A stretch of 64,000 bases of DNA from contig JAHWGK010000002.1 of assembly GCA_020054495.1 (NCBI GenBank), positions 16,418 to 80,417 of the forward strand, written 5' to 3'. The notes under the pieces were generated by a model that saw only the letters and a program-made list of their open reading frames with translations, searched no databases and had not been told where the DNA came from. The DNA comes from Thermoplasmata archaeon (GTDB taxonomy: Archaea > Thermoplasmatota > E2 > DHVEG-1). Position numbers and translations under genes: made by a program. Of this stretch, positions 58,993 to 64,000 are shown piece after piece. Numbering within the stretch: position 1 is the first letter of the stretch; the number at the start of each line of letters is the position of its first letter.

Positions 58993-59055
58993 TGAGAGAG
59001 GGGGAGGTGGAGGTAGAAAAGGGAGGATTTAGATGAGCTGATTACCCCTCTCTCA
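58993..59055 (-). other. 3'-UTR stem-loop with CCUCC-rich loop
   Basis: TGAGAGAGGGG/CCCCTCTCTCA 11-bp perfect stem; three GGAGG on + strand (CCUCC on -); followed by a U-rich tract on -. Confidence 0.55.
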
Positions 59056-59067
59056 CAGTATGGCGCT

Positions 59068-61017
59068 CTATTTTAAGTCCACACTGTTGATTTCACTAAG
59101 ATCCTCCAAATCGTTCATTTTAACCATGTTATCAGAAATCGTGTAGAGAACATCACCAATGTATAATGAACGAATTACATCAAATGAAGATGAACCCCAA
59201 TACCACCGATATTCATCTAAGAATTCGTCATCATCCATGTGAGTTATTTGACCTCTAAATTCAAAGCCGTTTTCTAAAGATAACCTATAAACAAATGCAC
59301 CTTGGAATGTAAACTTACCATAAGTACTTCCAGTATAGCCGTTGTTTTGCTCTTTGATTTCATCACTGATTTCATAAAGACTAATAGGTAGAACTAGTAA
59401 TTCTCGTTCTCTGTCAAAGAGAAAAGCTTTATGCTCATAAAGGACAGGACTATCTGTTCCTCGGTCACCAATTGTAATCTTTGCTACTTCTTTTGGATTA
59501 TTAAAGTCACTAACATCAAATAATGCAATTTTAAGACCTTGGTACCAAGCAAAATTACCAGAACTTGATTCCACTGTGTCTTTTCCAATGCCAATAATAT
59601 GGTTTTCATCAAAGGGGTGTAGGTAATCAGAGTAACCTGGAATCTTTAGTATACCAAGAATTTTTGGATTATACGGGTCAGATAAATCAAGTGTAAAGAA
59701 TGGATCAACTTTTTTGAAAGTTACAAGATATGCTTTATTACCCATAAATCGGGCAGAGTGCATCCTTTCACCAGGGGCAATATTTTCAATCTCAGATGTA
59801 CGATTCATATCCTCATCTAGTATATACAGGTTAGTAGTAGAATCATACCATTTCTGAGTTGCAATTCTAAAAAATCCGTTATGTTCATCCATAGAAAATT
59901 GATTTAAAGTATCTCCGGGAACTTTTCCTTTGGCTATGTAATCAATATTTCCATTTTCAATTGAAATCTTGTGTATTATTGTTGCTTCCTCATAGTGATA
60001 ATCATCTCCCCATAAAGAGCAATAATAGCTATATTCTTGACATGCTAAGAAAATATTGTTATTTGATACATACATATTTTGCGAATTACCAAGTAGGAAG
60101 CTTTTTTGATCTACTTCATCTCCATAAATATCAATTGAAATAATGTGGGTCATTGAGTCAATTTTTTCAGAGTTGTTTACATAATAAATATCCTCAATAG
60201 GAATACATCTCGTATAATCATTAATCGTTATCTCAGGTATGTTAATTGTAATATTATCCTCAAGTTTATAATATATATTACTAGTATACTCGGTAGTAAT
60301 GATATAGATATAATTACCTATCATTCTTGCATTAAAAAATGATCCATCAGCCTCAATGTCTCTAATAAGCTCTGGAACTTCTCTATCAGATATATCATAA
60401 ATATTAATAACAGTAGTTGAAATTCCCCACCAATATGGACAATATCCATAGATAGTTTTACAATCTACATGTTCATGGGAATCTCTTTGAGAATTACCAA
60501 AAGCAATCAAACGATCCTTGTTTATGAAAAAGTTTTGAACATTGACATCATCTTCAAAATTGATAATTGATAAAACTGTTGCCGATTCTGCCGGGTAGGC
60601 TTTTATTATGTAAATCTTAGAATCTACTAAAATATACAGATACGCTCCATCTGTTTTTACTAAATCTGGCTCATCAACACCTTCAACTTGTATATTTGTT
60701 TTAGAGTAATCAACAATTTTTCCATTCCCAAAACTATCAGACATGAATCCATTTCTTCCGTTATTTGATTGCGATATCAATATTTTTGGAGCAAAATCGC
60801 TCTCTTCATAGCCCCAACTATTATATTTATAGGTATTACTTCCTAAAAAATCGATAAATTCATCATATGAATCAAAAGTGTTTAACCCAGCATATGTTCT
60901 ATACCAACCTGAACCGCCTATTACCACAGGTTGTACATTAATAGCACAGGCAAAGCTTACAATGATAATAACTCCTGCAAGCATCATTCCGCTTATTTTC
61001 AAATTTTTACTTTTCAT
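59068..61017 (-). CDS. Secreted beta-propeller domain protein
   Basis: YSKTNIQVEGVDEPDLVKTDG, LNQFSMDE, RFMG..YLVTFKKVDP, LKIPGYSDYLHP. Confidence 0.9.
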   Translation of the reverse strand: MKSKNLKISGMMLAGVIIIVSFACAINVQPVVIGGSGWYRTYAGLNTFDSYDEFIDFLGSNTYKYNSWGYEESDFAPKILISQSNNGRNGFMSDSFGNGKIVDYSKTNIQVEGVDEPDLVKTDGAYLYILVDSKIYIIKAYPAESATVLSIINFEDDVNVQNFFINKDRLIAFGNSQRDSHEHVDCKTIYGYCPYWWGISTTVINIYDISDREVPELIRDIEADGSFFNARMIGNYIYIITTEYTSNIYYKLEDNITINIPEITINDYTRCIPIEDIYYVNNSEKIDSMTHIISIDIYGDEVDQKSFLLGNSQNMYVSNNNIFLACQEYSYYCSLWGDDYHYEEATIIHKISIENGNIDYIAKGKVPGDTLNQFSMDEHNGFFRIATQKWYDSTTNLYILDEDMNRTSEIENIAPGERMHSARFMGNKAYLVTFKKVDPFFTLDLSDPYNPKILGILKIPGYSDYLHPFDENHIIGIGKDTVESSSGNFAWYQGLKIALFDVSDFNNPKEVAKITIGDRGTDSPVLYEHKAFLFDRERELLVLPISLYEISDEIKEQNNGYTGSTYGKFTFQGAFVYRLSLENGFEFRGQITHMDDDEFLDEYRWYWGSSSFDVIRSLYIGDVLYTISDNMVKMNDLEDLSEINSVDLK

Positions 61018-61162
61018 ATTATCACATCGATTCTAATTTTATCAAGAATTATGTCTTCCATGGTTTATATATAATCGGAAAATGTTCGGAAAAAACCAAA
61101 CAACCACTCCTTAAAAAACAAGAAAATAAAGAAAGAAAAGACAAATAAAAAAAAGATAAGAA

Positions 61163-62485
61163 TTATAAAATTTCTATTTTTTCATCAAACTTAATACCTA
61201 TATCTTCTAATTCATCTAGAATTGGATTATAGATTCCAGGAGTTACAGGAATGTGAACACCAGTTAAGCAAATTTCTCCATTAAGAATCATTTTTACAGC
61301 CATTGCTGCGGGTAGTGAAACTGTTCGTGCAATGGAAGAGTCATCATCAGGTATGCCATAATCAAGTAACGTTGAGGTGATGTACTCCTTTTTAGATGGA
61401 TATTCTGCTATGAACTCATGATGCATAACTATCATATCTCTTTCATTTTTATCAAGAGACATCTTACTTAACGTCAAAACGTTAAGATAATCTAACGGAT
61501 TATCGCGATCTTTAGGTAGTTCTTTATCGCTAAAGAGACCTAACCATTCAAGTCTTTTTATAACTGTTGAATATGTTTCTATATCAAGGAATTTTGCTGT
61601 TGCTTTTACAATATCATCTTTTTGACCAGCACCAACAAGATGCCTAGTTAAATCACCATATGTTTTACCAGAGAAATTCTTTATAGGTTCTTCACCTAGC
61701 CAACCAAGAGCAACTATTTTCCGCATGGTTTCACACCAACCTGTCATCCTAAAGGTTCCCCGATAAACAGTGTGTGCATCTTTCAAATCATAGATGTTTT
61801 TGTAAGGGGTAGAATTTCTATTTGGGTAGTTCTCAAATGATCCAATTCCTGGAACATCTTGCATCGTATAATTCTCAAATAATTGTTCACCAGGATATGA
61901 TACCTTTTTTCCGTCTTGTAGCCACTCTGAAGCATTTTTTGAAGCTAAAAGAACTCCACGGGGTGCCCATGAAAACTTGTAGCCAAATGGATTGTTGTTT
62001 GCTTCGTGTGATGGCAGAGCGCCAGTTGTAGATTTGAAACTTACAATCTTCCCACCATTGTTTTTAACTTTATGAATAATTTTCATTGCAGACATGTGAT
62101 CAATACCGGGGTCAAGACCACACTCATTGAGAATAAGAATATCAGCATCCTTTGCTTTTTTGTCTAGTTCATTCATCTCATTGCTTACATATGAGGTTGT
62201 AACCAGGTGTTTTTTATGTTTGATACAAAGTTTTGCAACCTTTACATGGAAAGGATATGGAAGAAAACTTACAGAAAGATCTGATTCGGAAATTAATTTT
62301 TCTAATAAATTGTCATCAGTGACATTAAGCGGAATTGCTGTTCCATCAGGGTGACCATTAAGTATCTTCTCTACTTTACTAACTGTTCTACTTGCCATTG
62401 TTACAAAACAATCTGGTTGATCTAAAAGATACCTCACAAGCGGTCTTGAAACCATTCCTGCCCCGAGAACCAATATTTTTTTCAT
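61163..62485 (-). CDS. Saccharopine dehydrogenase (glutamate-forming; SDH/Lys9-like)
   Basis: VLGAGMV, TTSYVS, NECGLDPGIDHM, NPFGYKFSWAPRGVL, YPNRNS, RGTFR, ARTVSLP. Confidence 0.92.
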   Translation of the reverse strand: MKKILVLGAGMVSRPLVRYLLDQPDCFVTMASRTVSKVEKILNGHPDGTAIPLNVTDDNLLEKLISESDLSVSFLPYPFHVKVAKLCIKHKKHLVTTSYVSNEMNELDKKAKDADILILNECGLDPGIDHMSAMKIIHKVKNNGGKIVSFKSTTGALPSHEANNNPFGYKFSWAPRGVLLASKNASEWLQDGKKVSYPGEQLFENYTMQDVPGIGSFENYPNRNSTPYKNIYDLKDAHTVYRGTFRMTGWCETMRKIVALGWLGEEPIKNFSGKTYGDLTRHLVGAGQKDDIVKATAKFLDIETYSTVIKRLEWLGLFSDKELPKDRDNPLDYLNVLTLSKMSLDKNERDMIVMHHEFIAEYPSKKEYITSTLLDYGIPDDDSSIARTVSLPAAMAVKMILNGEICLTGVHIPVTPGIYNPILDELEDIGIKFDEKIEIL

Positions 62486-62539
62486 AAGTATACTCCCTTC
62501 TGAATAATATAAAACGTTCATGCAGCGAAAAGAATTCAC

Positions 62540-63838
62540 TTATAAATATTTGTTGATATAGCTGTAATTTGGTGTCAGTTCACCACGATGTAATACCACA
62601 GCATTTTTTATCTCAGGTGGTAACTCTAATCTATCAAAATCCACGTTATAGCTGGCCTTAACAATGGCAGGAACAAAACTAAATAGAGAATCACTAAAAA
62701 CCTGTGAAGATTCTTTTGGCACTTCACATGGAAGATTATCTACAGCCATAACAACCACACCGCTGCCCGCATATCCCTCTTTAATTTCGCCACTTAAGTG
62801 ATTATAAACAAAAATAGGATTATCAGGGGGAGTAGCTTTTTCAGTGAATTCAATTGCACCGTTAATATCAACACTAATATCACCAACAATCTGGAGTTTG
62901 GAACGATCGTTGTAGTTTTCCTTCATAAACTCCTTGGAAATAAGACGAGGGTACTGTTTATTCCAATAAATGCAATTCATAAGAATAGATAAACGAGGAA
63001 GATATCGATGAAAAACAGAACGATACAAATGAGGATGATTATAATACTCCTGTAGCTTAAAATTTTTTCCACTAGAAATAGGTTCCACCATATCTTCTTC
63101 TTTAAAAACTACTTTATAGATAACTCTATCTGAAAAGTTCTTATGAATAGCTTCAAGTTGCTTAGGAGTAATCTCTTTTATAGGTAAAATATCAAGAATT
63201 TCTTGGCCACCCTGTGATACATTTCCATAACCTGCAAATCCTACAACTAAAGGAGTTAATGAATCAGGAAGTCCCTCTTGTTCAATTCTATTTCCAACTT
63301 CTTTTAAGTGAATCTTTGTTTTATTAAGATCTTGGTAATAAATCGTTTGTTTTATTTTACTAAATGGTGTGTTTATTCCTTTCCATTTCATCCTTTGTCC
63401 AAATGCCCAAAGTGTATCAATCATTCCTGCAAGACCCGCGAATCTCCCAAAAAAAACTAAACGACGACCTTTTTCATCAGTAATCTTTTCATAGTCAATT
63501 AAATTACATTTAAGTTCCATCATTTTTTTTAACATGGGCATATTATAGCTCTGACCCTTGATTGTATGAGAAAAAAACACATATGTTTTACCAGGTTCAA
63601 AGAAATTAGTTGGAACCTCTTTTACAGCAAAAACAACAGAAGATTTTGATAAATCTTCATCTATATAAGCTCCGGCAGATTCGTATTCTTTATTAGCAAA
63701 TACTCTGATTTGTGATGGTTGAATTATTGTTTTAACACCATGTCTTTCTTTCAATTCCTTTATATGTTCGGGTGTTAATGGAACGCGTCTTTCCCACCTG
63801 TTTTTATCTTCTCTACGGATGCCTAGTATAAACTCCAT
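62540..63838 (-). CDS. Lysine-ketoglutarate reductase (LKR-domain/Lys1-like) stand-alone protein
   Basis: GIRREDKNRWERRVPLTP, FFSHTIKGQ, LIDYE, FGRFAG.AG, GNVSQG, NCIYW..YPRL, MAVDNLP. Confidence 0.9.
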   Translation of the reverse strand: MEFILGIRREDKNRWERRVPLTPEHIKELKERHGVKTIIQPSQIRVFANKEYESAGAYIDEDLSKSSVVFAVKEVPTNFFEPGKTYVFFSHTIKGQSYNMPMLKKMMELKCNLIDYEKITDEKGRRLVFFGRFAGLAGMIDTLWAFGQRMKWKGINTPFSKIKQTIYYQDLNKTKIHLKEVGNRIEQEGLPDSLTPLVVGFAGYGNVSQGGQEILDILPIKEITPKQLEAIHKNFSDRVIYKVVFKEEDMVEPISSGKNFKLQEYYNHPHLYRSVFHRYLPRLSILMNCIYWNKQYPRLISKEFMKENYNDRSKLQIVGDISVDINGAIEFTEKATPPDNPIFVYNHLSGEIKEGYAGSGVVVMAVDNLPCEVPKESSQVFSDSLFSFVPAIVKASYNVDFDRLELPPEIKNAVVLHRGELTPNYSYINKYL

Positions 63839-63922
63839 TAGTAATTCCCCAGAAAAACCTCATCTTTTACGATTTTAAAAAGGTTATGAGAGGTTTTGAA
63901 GATTTGATGTGGAACAAAAACA

Positions 63923-64000
63923 TTATTTAAATCTTAAAATTGCGCCCACATGCCCAAGGTCTGCGATTTCTTCGTCATCAGTAAATTCAATCTCCGCATC
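63923..64000 (-). CDS. C-terminal end of an eRF1/pelota domain-3-like protein (runs off window)
   Basis: ...DAEIEFTDDEEIADLGHVGAILRFK*, similar to the G.GA.LR[FY] terminus of eRF1-family proteins. Confidence 0.5.
   Translation of the reverse strand, partial: DAEIEFTDDEEIADLGHVGAILRFK

Noticed and set aside
114..62992. Numerous 60-140 aa ORFs nested in or antisense to long genes
   Set aside because: Shadow ORFs of well-supported CDSs with no motifs or independent RBS.

Overview
AT-rich archaeal genomic window, most consistent with an anaerobic peptide-fermenting Thermoplasmatota (MBG-D/DHVEG-1-like). This assignment is inferred from the GGTGA ribosome-binding sites, BRE/TATA promoters, archaeal-type GlyRS and Ogg, a gingipain-like C25 peptidase, NosD/CASH secreted proteins and an 'LLERFP' C-terminal tail. 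Contents: a leucine-degradation methylcrotonyl-CoA carboxylase cluster; secreted proteins; homocitrate synthase with an unannotated LysW-like microprotein that has a non-canonical C-terminus and a divergent ACT-domain regulator; a Ser-type PurF; acyl-CoA dehydrogenases; an ArsR/permease pair; a ~12.4-kb, 21-gene Fur/PerR-headed oxidative/nitrosative-stress and Fe-S/sulfur-relay operon containing unannotated Cys-rich microproteins and probable CTG/ATT starts; Acs, a Cys-less thiolase and DUF35; glyS; a secreted tandem rhodanese; pstSCAB; and a split LKR/SDH saccharopine pathway plus lysine 6-aminotransferase. Non-coding signals include a candidate stand-alone sRNA unit with CCUCC-rich loops, a related 3'-UTR hairpin, a covarying REP/IS200-like hairpin pair and several operator palindromes. 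No rRNA, tRNA or CRISPR array was seen. All family calls come from motif recognition, not database searches.
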